A DNA stretch of 64,000 nt, from contig OY769902.1 of the NCBI GenBank assembly GCA_963669175.1, forward strand, positions 3,904,001 through 3,968,000, in the 5' to 3' direction. The DNA comes from a bacterium. GTDB lineage: Bacteria; Electryoneota; Electryoneia; Electryoneales; Electryoneaceae. Made by a program: the position numbers and the translations under genes. The notes beneath the pieces are model-generated. The model saw only the letters and a program-made list of their open reading frames with translations, did no database searches and was not told the origin of the DNA. Shown here piece after piece: positions 19,579-29,340 of this stretch; the stretch's first letter is position 1; the number at the start of each line of letters is the position of its first letter.

Positions 19579-21390
19579 ATGCATACAACACAGACAACAG
19601 ACCGCTGGTTACAGGTTCTCCTGTTTATCGCCGCATTTGGATTAACCCTGGCTGCAACGAGTCTTACGCTTGCGCCGGGTGTCGGAGCAGGTTCAGCCGC
19701 CGCATGGGCAGCAGGATCTTTTGGGATTGGGTCAAGCGATTCCGCCGTGTATTCTCCCCTGTTCCTGATCCTGACGAAAATTGTTCGCTGGCTTGGCCCG
19801 GAAAACTCAACCGCAGAACGGTTGAATTTCTTCTCCTCAATCGGCGTCGCCACAGCAGCAGGCCTGGTCAGTCTTCTCCTGTTCCCGTTCATGAAACGTC
19901 GCGGGTATTGGGGCGTGTTTTCGCTGGCATTGCTGGGTGGTGTGTTGACTGGTATCACTCGTGTTGGCTGGGCTTCCGCCCTGATGATCAATCCCGGCCC
20001 GTGGGCCATTGCCGCAATGCTCGGCGCTTTCCTACTGGTTGGAAGCGGTGAGGCCGATAACAGGCGCATTACGTTCGGTTTCTTCGTCATGGGACTGGCT
20101 GGCGCTTTCCATGTGGCAACCCTAGTCTTTTTTCCGGCATTCCTCTACTGGGGTTTCATGCATTCAACACAGTGGCGTGGTCAGCAGGCTTTCATTCAAA
20201 TGGCCGCCCTATGCGCCCCGTTATGCCTGATGTTGATCCCGAATGCGCAGCCCTTTTTTGCAACGACAGGCCTGTTCACGGGAACGCCGGGATTGCCGGA
20301 TGCCCAGGGATTTGGACTTGTTGGCTGGACTGCGCTCTGGACATTAACACCCGCCGGTCTGCTTCTCGCATTGTGGGGATACTTCCGGCTACCGTCAGAT
20401 AAGAAACAATTCCTCCTGCTGGCAGGCCTTGTTCTGGCAGGAATTGTTATACTCACACTCTTAAAAACAGAAACAGCCCAACTGGCTGCGATTGTTCTCT
20501 CCGTTATCATCGCTATAGGAGCAATCTTCGGGCTGGCAGACCTGTTCAACCGTATCCCTGGTGGACCGGCATTGCTGCTGTGGATCCTGGTTCCGGGACT
20601 GTGGGTCGGGCATGGACTTGCGGTATCACAGGCAAGCGCCGACGAAAGAACAATATGGGAGATCCATAACTCCAACCTGATTCGCACTGTTCGCCTGAAC
20701 AACCTGATCATCACAGAAGATGACAGCTTGACCCTGGCGCCCTATTTTTATCTGGTTCAGGCCAAAAAAATGCGCCCGGACCTGGCATTGATTAACCCGG
20801 CAATGATGTCTGATCCTGGATATCTGGAGTTCATTGAGGCAACCTATCCACATCGGTTCAAGGCAATTCAACCGACACTGGATTCACTCAAAGCTTCACT
20901 TCAGCAAGATGAAAATGATCCGGCAGTTCGTGGAATAGTAGAATCCCTGCTGGCGGAACTGATTGTCAGCGAGATAAAATCGACAGGTGTTGTGCTGTCA
21001 CCAGGCGTCATCGAAGAAATCGAACGGGGGGATTCCACAGCATATCCCGTTCTATTCAAACTGATGACGCAAGATTACCAGGTAGTCCCGGAAGGCCTTT
21101 TCTATCGAGTTTTACCGAAGGAGGACAGGCCTTTCCCCTTCCATTTCTCCGGGCTGGATATGGCCAGAATCAAGTTTGATAATGCTGCGCCAATGCTGCA
21201 AAACCGAATGGTGACCATTTATCCGAAGATGTTCACCAACAGGGGATCATGGATGCTGAGCAGGAAGTTCACGGCGGAAGGAATGGAGTATGTTCGCTGG
21301 GCCTTGAAAATTGCCCCGGACTATACTCCGGCTGTACTCCTGGCTCGTGATTATGGAATCAGTGGCGAACCAACACTGCTGGGCAAGTGA
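19579..21390 (+). CDS. DUF2723/TMEM260-like multi-pass membrane protein (GT-C-like), divergent
   Basis: TLAP start, YSPLF..L, AERLNFFS, HxxxLxFxP, many TM helices, soluble C-terminal domain with Y..Q....RPD and TPR-like end. Confidence 0.6.
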   Translation: MHTTQTTDRWLQVLLFIAAFGLTLAATSLTLAPGVGAGSAAAWAAGSFGIGSSDSAVYSPLFLILTKIVRWLGPENSTAERLNFFSSIGVATAAGLVSLLLFPFMKRRGYWGVFSLALLGGVLTGITRVGWASALMINPGPWAIAAMLGAFLLVGSGEADNRRITFGFFVMGLAGAFHVATLVFFPAFLYWGFMHSTQWRGQQAFIQMAALCAPLCLMLIPNAQPFFATTGLFTGTPGLPDAQGFGLVGWTALWTLTPAGLLLALWGYFRLPSDKKQFLLLAGLVLAGIVILTLLKTETAQLAAIVLSVIIAIGAIFGLADLFNRIPGGPALLLWILVPGLWVGHGLAVSQASADERTIWEIHNSNLIRTVRLNNLIITEDDSLTLAPYFYLVQAKKMRPDLALINPAMMSDPGYLEFIEATYPHRFKAIQPTLDSLKASLQQDENDPAVRGIVESLLAELIVSEIKSTGVVLSPGVIEEIERGDSTAYPVLFKLMTQDYQVVPEGLFYRVLPKEDRPFPFHFSGLDMARIKFDNAAPMLQNRMVTIYPKMFTNRGSWMLSRKFTAEGMEYVRWALKIAPDYTPAVLLARDYGISGEPTLLGK

Positions 21391-21401
21391 TCTCCAGAAA
21401 A

Positions 21402-21875
21402 TCACTTGCCAGATGTCAGCATATCATCCAGTATTTCTATTGCTGCCGACACATACAGGGGACACTTACTGGTAAACACTTCCTGCTGAACCGCGAGATC
21501 ATGTTCACGTGGATCGCCGATATTATAGCCCAGTAATTGCCTGCATGAAATCGAACCATGTACGTCAAGAAAACGTCTTCGGAATTCATTTACACGTTCA
21601 AACAACCTGTCCCTGGCATCCTGATCCGTTGGGTCCGGCGAAGCCTCCGCTAATCCCAGAGCTATCAACGCCCCTGCAACAGCGCCGCACAATTCACCAT
21701 TCCGTGCGGTTCCCGCACCAAAAGGAGTCGCCAGTTTGGCGGCCGTGGCAGCATCCATCCCCAAGTCCTCTGCAAACGCATCCAGTACCGCCTGCGAGCA
21801 GAGATATCCATTCAGGAATTTATCAACAGCCTTATCACTTCTCTTGTTCGCATCCACCCCATCACCTCCACACAT
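21402..21875 (-). CDS. C-GCAxxG-C-C family putative redox protein; likely GTG start at 21857
   Basis: YLCSQAV, PFGAG, ELCGAVAG, ISCRQL, KC; GGAGG RBS before the GTG. Confidence 0.9.
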   Translation of the reverse strand: MCGGDGVDANKRSDKAVDKFLNGYLCSQAVLDAFAEDLGMDAATAAKLATPFGAGTARNGELCGAVAGALIALGLAEASPDPTDQDARDRLFERVNEFRRRFLDVHGSISCRQLLGYNIGDPREHDLAVQQEVFTSKCPLYVSAAIEILDDMLTSGK

Positions 21876-22100
21876 GCATCACTTGTAAACAGTACGCCTG
21901 TATCGATAATTCCAACAAACATTGCATCCTGTGATGCAGGAGGTCAAATGGTAGTCATTCGTTAAGTAGTTTCCGACAGTCCCTGCTGTTTTATATTGAT
22001 CGAAAGATTTCCATGGTTCAAGTATTTGTCATGACAGGCTTCTTCCCCTAGAAGGATATTTCAAGGATATTTCACGGATTAATATCGTCTGATATCAGCT

Positions 22101-22191
22101 ATGTATATCCGCCATGTATATTTGCCATGTATATCTGCTATATATATTTGCCAAATATATCTGCTATGTATATTTGCCATGTATATCTGCT
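22101..22191. repeat. Tandem repeat, 7 x 13 bp (ATGTATATYTGCY)
   Basis: Units start at 22101, 22114, 22127, 22140, 22153, 22166, 22179. Confidence 0.9.
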
Positions 22192-22218
22192 ATCTGACAA
22201 TTTTAGCAGGCTTTAGCC

Positions 22219-22613
22219 CTGTCTCTTGCTCACATCTTCGTGTTTCTGCCACCCCAGAGGGGTGGTATATTTTAGCGTAGGGTTGACGCTGTCTGTTTAG
22301 CGTCTACCCTACGAAAAAGATCAAACCTTATCTCAACCCTGGAAGGGTTGCATAACGTATAATTTACACCCAATTGGTTTGTATAGAATATAAAATGCGT
22401 TATTTCCTGTATTTATTGAACGTACTAATATGAATCGTGTATTATGCAACCCTTCCAGGGTTGATTATTCGTTAGAATACCTGACATAGTGTACAGGCCA
22501 AACAGACGGCCTGTACACTATGCTAAAATAGGGAATCCCGCCGGGATTCTAAAAATGCTATGTCCACAACTCTTTTACTGATACAGCTTTCAGAAGATGT
22601 GGGTAAGAGACAG
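22219..22613. mobile_element. 395-bp MITE copy 2, inverted relative to copy 1
   Basis: CTGTCTCTTGCTCACATCT ... AGATGTGGGTAAGAGACAG; flanks GGCTTTAGCC / GGCTGAAGCC (8/10 match). Confidence 0.9.
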
Positions 22614-22812
22614 GGCTGAAGCCTGCTCTTCTTAGCACCCGGCTTCAGCCGGGGTGAAAAGACGCCAACATCATCACGAGCGCGCTTTAGCGTGCTTGCC
22701 TGGTGCAAATCCTGATTCAGGAAAGCACCCTGAAGGGCGCTCACCACTTCTTTATCATCACGAACACCCCGGCTGAAGCCGGGTGCTAAAAAGAGCCTGC
22801 TGAAGCAGGCTG
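22614..22812. repeat. REP-like palindrome cluster (GGCTGAAGCC type)
   Basis: Perfect 25-bp inverted repeat TTAGCACCCGGCTTCAGCCGGGGTG (22632-22656) / 22765-22789 plus smaller palindromes. Confidence 0.85.
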
Positions 22813-22850
22813 ATAACTATTCGAATCACAAAAATACATTCGGGAGCTCC

Positions 22851-22922
22851 TATAGTACCAGCGTTAAATATAGTACTAGCGTTAAATATAGCGCCAGCGT
22901 TAAATATAGCACCAGCGTTAAA
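22851..22922. repeat. Tandem repeat, 4 x 18 bp (TATAGYRCYAGCGTTAAA)
   Basis: Units start at 22851, 22869, 22887, 22905. Confidence 0.9.
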
Positions 22923-23202
22923 TAAAGAAGATAACGCATTGCAAAAGCTGCGTACTTGTCCGCAAGAATCATCAATCCAATTGAATCAGCCGTCTGATTG
23001 TCAGCGAACCTGATTACACAACGATAGGCAGGAGAAGAACAGCCTGCTCCGGGAAACCTGTTTCCATGAAAAGCAGTACAAGGGACAACAGGCTGATTGC
23101 ATATTTTACCTTGCCCTGTCAGCCTGGATAGTATATTGTTTTCGCTCAGGGCGTCGGTTAGCTTGTATAGATAGCAAGCATCAAACAACAAACGGTAATA
23201 CA

Positions 23203-23694
23203 GTGGCAGTAAAGATAAACGACACATCGCCCATTTTCGGGAAGGGCAATCCGGACGTAGAAGAGACGGCCTACGTGGTCCGTACCGAAGGTGACATTGC
23301 CTACGTCCAGATGCAACGCCAGGAAGAGTGTGCCAGTTGCGGGATGAACAAGCTTTGCCATCCTTCAGGGGGAGACGCCCCGATCATAGAAGCCAACAAT
23401 GAGGTTCATGCCTCAGCCGGGGACATTGTCGTTCTGGAGACGGCCGCTTCCACAAGACTGGGCGCTTCTTTCGCCGTATTCATTGTTCCGGTTGTGCTCA
23501 TGGTCATTGGCGCGGTATGGGGACAAAATCTCGATCCGGCATGGCATGAAGGAGTAATCGTTGGCGCTTTGGCGGGATTGGCAGGCGGCATGCTGATTGC
23601 CGGAATCATCAACCGTTTTGCACGGGGCAAACGTGGTATGCGCCCCTACGCTACCAGGATTGTGTATTCCAGCCCAAAGCCCATGCAATCATGA
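23203..23694 (+). CDS. RseC/MucC (SoxR-reducing system) family membrane protein
   Basis: CASCG...C, A..GD.V motif, two C-terminal TM helices. Confidence 0.8.
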   Translation: MAVKINDTSPIFGKGNPDVEETAYVVRTEGDIAYVQMQRQEECASCGMNKLCHPSGGDAPIIEANNEVHASAGDIVVLETAASTRLGASFAVFIVPVVLMVIGAVWGQNLDPAWHEGVIVGALAGLAGGMLIAGIINRFARGKRGMRPYATRIVYSSPKPMQS

Positions 23695-24842
23695 TTATGA
23701 GCCCGGTTACCGAGATCAAACAGGCCGCATTGGAAAGCGGCTTTCATTTTGCCGCTATCGCACCTGTTGATCCATCACCACTGGCCCATCACCTGGATAT
23801 CTGGCTGCAACAGGGACACGCTCAGCAGATGCGCTGGATACCGGATCGCAGAATGCTGTTACGTGATCCCCGCCGCGTCTGGCCGGACGCAAAATCCATG
23901 CTTGTCGTCGGCCTCCGGTATAGTTTATCCAGCCACTATGATGCTTTCCTGACCGATCCGTCCCGTGGCGCGATCAGCCGTTACGCCTGGGGACGTGATT
24001 ATCATAAAATCATGGGAAAACGTCTGCTGGCTTTGGGCAAGAACCTCTCCTCCATCCTGCGACAGCCGGTAAACTTCCGAAAATTTGTTGACGCAGGTCC
24101 ACTGCTGGAACGTCCCCTCGCAGCTCGTGCAATTCCCGGTTTCATTGGCAAGAACACCCTGCTCATCCACAAGGCGATTGGCTCAAGCTTTTTCCTCGGT
24201 GAATTGTTGCTGGATATCAGTCTCCCGCCTGATCCTCTACAAGAGTTGGAAGGATGCGGGAAATGCAACGCCTGTATGAAAAACTGTCCCAGCGGAGCAT
24301 TGGGTATTCCCTGGAAACAGGCAACACGCAATTGTCTGTCCTATCATACGATCGAAGGTGGTCCAATTATCTCCCACAGAATTCGTCCACTGCAGGGAAA
24401 CCGGATTTTCGGTTGTGATGAATGCCAGACAATTTGCCCTTTCAATCGGGAGAATGATCAGGATGCCTCCCCGCCTGATCCGGCTTTTGTACCGGACAAT
24501 ATCAACCGTGTCGCGCCATCATTGGCTGATGTGATGCGCTGGTCACGCGACGAATATGACGCACTGTTTGCCGGGAGCGCAGTACGGAGAGTTTCACACG
24601 AGTATTTCCAGAGAAATGCCGTGGTGGCGTTGGGAAACTGGGGCAGCGATGAAGCGTTGGAGATCCTTGCGCCCCTTCGGGATAGTCCTTCGGAGATCCT
24701 TCGTGCTCACGCAGCCTGGGCAATCGGCCAGTGTCATTCTGCGGAAAATGCAACAAACATTCTTGCGAAATGGCAGCAAAACGAAGCCAATCCTTTAGTT
24801 CGCCTCGAGCTACAACTCGCGACGAATACCTCAGGTAATTAA
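23691..24842 (+). CDS. queG: Epoxyqueuosine reductase
   Basis: ISRYAWGRDYH, VDAGPLLER, GKNTLLI, GS.FFLGE, CGKCNAC...CP, GCDECQ.ICP, RNA.VALGN. Confidence 0.95.
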   Translation: MIMSPVTEIKQAALESGFHFAAIAPVDPSPLAHHLDIWLQQGHAQQMRWIPDRRMLLRDPRRVWPDAKSMLVVGLRYSLSSHYDAFLTDPSRGAISRYAWGRDYHKIMGKRLLALGKNLSSILRQPVNFRKFVDAGPLLERPLAARAIPGFIGKNTLLIHKAIGSSFFLGELLLDISLPPDPLQELEGCGKCNACMKNCPSGALGIPWKQATRNCLSYHTIEGGPIISHRIRPLQGNRIFGCDECQTICPFNRENDQDASPPDPAFVPDNINRVAPSLADVMRWSRDEYDALFAGSAVRRVSHEYFQRNAVVALGNWGSDEALEILAPLRDSPSEILRAHAAWAIGQCHSAENATNILAKWQQNEANPLVRLELQLATNTSGN

Positions 24843-26215
24843 AATTCTGTCCCCTCAGGAATGAGTAGAATATTCAAGACTATTGAATCATCAGCAGGGA
24901 TATATTCTACCCGCTCAATTGTGCTATAACCGGTTTTTTCGAAGGTAAGATGCCTGCATCCTGCCTCTACGGTCAGGCAGAATTCCCCATCTGCGTCTGA
25001 AAGGGTTGACGCGCCAGTCTCATCTGAAATATCAACATCACGAAGGGCTTCCATGGTATTGCCGTCACATACTGTCCCGAATACCTGGCCATTTCCTGCT
25101 ACTTCTTGATAAACAGGGATGTCAAGTGTCAGATCTTCGCGCTCTTCCAGAAAAATGGGGATGGTATAAAACAATTCATATCCATATACAGAAACGAGTA
25201 TACGGTATTCCCCACTCGGGATAAAATTGACCAGGTAATTGCCATCTGCGTCCGAAACTGCAGTGCCGGTGTTTGGATATGTGGTAATCCTTGCCCCACC
25301 TATCTTTGCGTTTGTTATCCCGTCATATATACAACCGGATAACGAGCCGTATGGATTTTCCAGGCACAATGTGACAATGGTTGTGTCCCCCGGTACGACG
25401 GAAACTGTCGTATCAACAATTGCAGAGCTATTTATAGACGCACACAGAGAATAGGATCCTCCGACCAGATTATAGAATGCAAAATGGCCATCTTGATCTG
25501 TCATGTCAGGATCACTACCCGGTTCTATTGAGACACGAATACCTTCCAGCCCTTCGTTACTGTACGGATCAATCACAGTGCCAATAATATCACCGTAAAC
25601 ATTTATGTATTCCAAGGCTATATTCACTTCCGTACCTGTAGCGCTATCAACCTGGCAGAAAATTGTTACTGATTCAAAGCCGGCCATGGATGCCAGAATG
25701 GTATAACTCCCGGCTGGCAAGTCAACAAACTCGTAGTATCCCGAGTTATCTGTATACGTATCATCGTAATTCGGGTATTTGCTGATTACAACATTTGCAA
25801 TCGGTTCTGAGTTCTGAAAATCAATCACATGACCAAAGATGTACCCGTTCTCCGGGTTCGGGTCCGGGTCCGATCCAATGGCAGGAAGCAGGGCGAAGTC
25901 CAGGCTTTCTACATCACCAGCATGGGGTCTGACAATCTGGTTCAGCGAGTGGAAACCATCACGGCTGGCATTAATCGTGTATTCGCCGGGGGCAAGGTCA
26001 ACAAAAGAATATGCCCCGTATTCATCGCTATAGGTGGCGATACCGTCAGGAGCAAGATAAAGGCATGTGTTTTCAAGAAAATCACCTGATTCGGAATCAG
26101 TCACAACGCCATTAATACAGCAATATTTCTGTTCCTCATCGTCATCCTGGCAACAGGCAAACAATGATGCAAAGCACAGGATTGGCAGGAGAAACCATCG
26201 AAACCCAGTATTCAT
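24839..26215 (-). CDS. Lipoprotein with about five carboxypeptidase-regulatory-like (Cna-B/Ig) repeats
   Basis: LFAC lipobox then acidic patch; repeated G.V.D...SD..G.Y.F..L..G.Y units. Confidence 0.8.
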   Translation of the reverse strand: MNTGFRWFLLPILCFASLFACCQDDDEEQKYCCINGVVTDSESGDFLENTCLYLAPDGIATYSDEYGAYSFVDLAPGEYTINASRDGFHSLNQIVRPHAGDVESLDFALLPAIGSDPDPNPENGYIFGHVIDFQNSEPIANVVISKYPNYDDTYTDNSGYYEFVDLPAGSYTILASMAGFESVTIFCQVDSATGTEVNIALEYINVYGDIIGTVIDPYSNEGLEGIRVSIEPGSDPDMTDQDGHFAFYNLVGGSYSLCASINSSAIVDTTVSVVPGDTTIVTLCLENPYGSLSGCIYDGITNAKIGGARITTYPNTGTAVSDADGNYLVNFIPSGEYRILVSVYGYELFYTIPIFLEEREDLTLDIPVYQEVAGNGQVFGTVCDGNTMEALRDVDISDETGASTLSDADGEFCLTVEAGCRHLTFEKTGYSTIERVEYIPADDSIVLNILLIPEGTEF

Positions 26216-26347
26216 GAAAGCCCCCATGAATTCATGTCGGTAGCCCTGTTCGATAGTATGTATCATGATCAAGGGTTTTCTAATATAGGCACCTATTGAA
26301 AAAGTCTCCAGCCTTATCCAGGTAATTCTTCAATATTTTCGTTTGGA

Positions 26348-26617
26348 CTAGTGGACCGGATCACGTGAATCGAGGAGTTCTGCTTGTCACGGACGAGTTG
26401 GGTGCAAGGCGATTTCATGCAGGTGTAGCGGGTTACTGTAAATGAAATCAACGCAGCAGACAGCCGCCTCGTGACAAGCCCGAAGGGAGCACGCCTCATC
26501 GTTCATGACTGCGTTCCATTCCTTTGAAACAACCCGCTATGCCTTCAGGAATGGGCCTTGTCCTGAACGATGATACGCAGCTCAGTATCCATCGATTCAT
26601 GTGATCCGGTCCACTAG
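26348..26617. mobile_element. 270-bp MITE with 26-bp terminal inverted repeats bounded by CTAG (IS630-like or IS5-like)
   Basis: CTAGTGGACCGGATCACGTGAATCGA / TCGATTCATGTGATCCGGTCCACTAG (25/26 match). Confidence 0.75.
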
Positions 26618-26679
26618 GTTACCGCGTTCCTCGGTTGAGTCTAGCGGATCAGAATATCGAACATGACTGGATTTACGGC

Positions 26680-26760
26680 TGTCCCAAACAGACGGGACAC
26701 CGCAAGCTTCGGTTCCCATCCCCGATCACTGCTTTCGGGGACAGGCTCTTCGTGGGAATA
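26680..26760. repeat. REP-like hairpins including an AAACAGAC-loop hairpin
   Basis: TGTCCC-AAACAGAC-GGGACA (26680-26699); nearby TCCCCGA..TCGGGGA and TTCCCA..TGGGAA stems. Confidence 0.6.
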
Positions 26761-26828
26761 AATACCACGTACTCGTGAAATATCCGGGTTAGCAGTACCG
26801 ATGTATCAAAAACGACATACTGAAGAGC

Positions 26829-26856
26829 AAAAAGCGGCTGCCGAACGGCAGCCGCT
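26829..26856 (-). terminator. Intrinsic terminator after the 26880-28193 gene
   Basis: AGCGGCTGCC-GAAC-GGCAGCCGCT preceded by an A run on the + strand. Confidence 0.8.
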
Positions 26857-26879
26857 AAAAGACTCAACAACATGTTGTC

Positions 26880-28193
26880 CTATTTGGCGGAAAGAGCGCT
26901 CATCCCAGCATCAGCAGGCTCGTTTTCCTGAATCTCGTTGATCAGATTAATTGTGTTGGAAGCGCCATCCAGCTCACAAACGACCCAGTACGCACCAACG
27001 CCAGTCTGCGGGACAATAACAGTATTCACCAGACCGTTTTCATCATAAATCTCGACCTGGGCGTTACAGCCGGCAAGATCAGGTGTTCCGGAGTAGTTAT
27101 GTACGAAATAGGTGTACGTCCCTGTAAACACATCATACATGGTAATGGTTTCAGGTCCGTAGCTGCCCATATCATCGATGTCGAGATAAGCGTACGGGGC
27201 TTCATCAGCATAGCCATGGAAGCTATATGAAATATGATAGGTGCTGCCTTCGATCTCCGGTGTCAACAAGTGACTGTCCAGATCGTAGGGCGTCGATTCC
27301 CATGTGAGGACGAAACGAACTTCGCCTTCGCCGGCCAGTTCGGGCGTAATCGCGATGTTGACTTCGAAGATACCGTTTGACGGGATATACCCGTAACGTG
27401 TCGAATTGAAGTAACCGTCAATCGAGGCAGTAATCGCACGATAACCGGCATCGACATTCATGCTGTAGTCGCCATTTGCGTCTGTAGTGGTGGACATGCC
27501 ATCGTCTGCAACAACCGTCACACCTTCAATGGCGCTGCCCGTCAAGGCATCGGTAACCCTGCCATGAACTTCGCCTGTTCCTTCCTGTTCAGGATAGAGC
27601 CCGAGGTTGACAACTTCCGTCTCACCATCGGTCAGCGTGAATTCACCGGAGGTACGCGGATCATAACCGGACGCGTTAATGGTCACAGTGTAGTTGCCAC
27701 CGGCAATATTCGACAAGGTATACTCACCATCATTGTTGCTGGTGGTATTGGATGTCGCCGGGTTGGTCGAAATGGTTGCGCCACTGATAACTGCGCCGGT
27801 CAATGCATCGGTGACAACACCGGAGATGTTGCCCAGCCCGATCAAATCAAGGGCAAAATTCAACGTAGAGACTTCGTCAGCCACGACAGCAGCCGATGCG
27901 CTGGCCTCGAGATAGTCGTCATGGGTTGCTGTGACAACATAGTTTCCTGCATCAAGGTCGTTGAATTGATAAGCGCCGTACGCATCAGTAATACGTGGCA
28001 GCCCACCCGTATTCAAATTCAGTTCAACGCCTTCAATCGCTGCGCCGGTTGCTGCATCTGTAACTGTGCCATGAATGGCGCCATACAGTACATCATCATC
28101 GTCGTCATCGTCCTCGTCATCACCACAACCAATCGCCAGGACAAGGCCCAAAGACAACAAAGCAATCACAAACCACGGTAACACTTTCTTCAT
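26880..28193 (-). CDS. Lipoprotein: three carboxypeptidase-regulatory-like repeats plus YfaP/DUF2135-like domain
   Basis: AIGC lipobox + poly-Asp; G.VTDA.TG..I.G repeats; LTW....DLDSHL...LDIDD...YGPETIT...Y.VHNY. Confidence 0.85.
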   Translation of the reverse strand: MKKVLPWFVIALLSLGLVLAIGCGDDEDDDDDDDVLYGAIHGTVTDAATGAAIEGVELNLNTGGLPRITDAYGAYQFNDLDAGNYVVTATHDDYLEASASAAVVADEVSTLNFALDLIGLGNISGVVTDALTGAVISGATISTNPATSNTTSNNDGEYTLSNIAGGNYTVTINASGYDPRTSGEFTLTDGETEVVNLGLYPEQEGTGEVHGRVTDALTGSAIEGVTVVADDGMSTTTDANGDYSMNVDAGYRAITASIDGYFNSTRYGYIPSNGIFEVNIAITPELAGEGEVRFVLTWESTPYDLDSHLLTPEIEGSTYHISYSFHGYADEAPYAYLDIDDMGSYGPETITMYDVFTGTYTYFVHNYSGTPDLAGCNAQVEIYDENGLVNTVIVPQTGVGAYWVVCELDGASNTINLINEIQENEPADAGMSALSAK

Positions 28194-28554
28194 GCGAAAC
28201 CTCCAAAAGTAAACATCCGTGAGGTGACATCCCCCTGCAAAAACACCTCACACCCCAAAATCACGATCCGGCTCATCCGGACTAATGTAACAAAGTTCTG
28301 CCAACCGTCAAGTATTCAATTCCCAAGCCGTAAGAAGGCAAAATAAACCTGCCTTAACTCCATGTCAACGACAAGCTCTGAAACTTGGGTCTGAATGAAG
28401 TCTTCACGGTATACGTCGTTCATGGGAACATGTTCCCGGGGGAAATGACTGGAAAATATGTGGCGTAGGCGTAGACACAGATCACAACGAGCTCCTGAAG
28501 ATCTGGATTACAGCTTCATTTCATCAAACAGTTTTTATGATACGCCCGAAAATA

Positions 28555-29340
28555 TCACGCCAAAGCCAGAAAATATATCAGTCCGCCGACACCGAGCACG
28601 AGCGTATAAATACTGAACCCGTACAGTTTTCCACGCTGCAACACCGCCATCAGGATTCCTATGGCAACATAACCACTTATCATGGAAGCAATCACTCCCA
28701 CCCCCATGACACTCCACTCCTTTGCAGTCATTCCACCCAGATCACCCAATTGCAGCACTGCAGCGCCCAGGATAGCCGGAATTGCCAGGAAAAAGCTGAA
28801 GCGTGCAGCGGCATCACGATCAACACCACGGATAAGACCACCAGCAATCGTGGAACCGCTACGACTGATTCCCGGCAGAATAGCCAACGCCTGGAAACAA
28901 CCGATAAGCAAAGCATCCTGCCAACGAATCTTTTCCAGTGGCCGGGATTGTTTTTGCAGTTTCTCGGAAAGAAAGAGAAGCGCACTGGTTACCAGTAAAC
29001 CACCGGATACAAAGGCAGGAGAGGAGAACAGTTCTTCGATCAGATCTTTCAGACCAAGCCCGAAAATCACTGCGGGAACAGTACCAAGGATGATCAGCAA
29101 CGCCACTTTGCGGAGTGGACCACCTTTGAAGAACCCAAGAACCAAGGCGACCAGATCACGCCTGAAGTATACGAATACCGCGAATAATGTTCCCAAATGC
29201 ACAGCAACATCAAAGACCATATTCTCTTCTGCCAGACCGAGAAAATGATGTGCCAGCACCAGGTGGCCGGATGAAGAAATCGGGAGAAATTCCGTCAATC
29301 CCTGGACCAGACCGAGTATAATTGCCTGCCAGAAGCTCAT
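28555..29340 (-). CDS. uppP: Undecaprenyl-diphosphate phosphatase
   Basis: GLVQGLTEFLPISSSGHL, HLGT, PGISRSGST, FSF.LAIP. Confidence 0.96.
   Translation of the reverse strand: MSFWQAIILGLVQGLTEFLPISSSGHLVLAHHFLGLAEENMVFDVAVHLGTLFAVFVYFRRDLVALVLGFFKGGPLRKVALLIILGTVPAVIFGLGLKDLIEELFSSPAFVSGGLLVTSALLFLSEKLQKQSRPLEKIRWQDALLIGCFQALAILPGISRSGSTIAGGLIRGVDRDAAARFSFFLAIPAILGAAVLQLGDLGGMTAKEWSVMGVGVIASMISGYVAIGILMAVLQRGKLYGFSIYTLVLGVGGLIYFLALA

Noticed and set aside
6060-22613. Composite transposon or inversion bounded by the two MITE copies
   Set aside because: Each copy has its own target duplication, so they are independent insertions; the enclosed genes are housekeeping.
22101-22922. Replication origin (13-mers plus iterons)
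   Set aside because: No DnaA-box cluster, rep gene or dnaA/parAB neighbours seen.
22850-23227. 125-aa ORF ending in LYLTLV repeats
   Set aside because: The repeats are simply the translation of the 18-bp tandem array; no RBS or family features.
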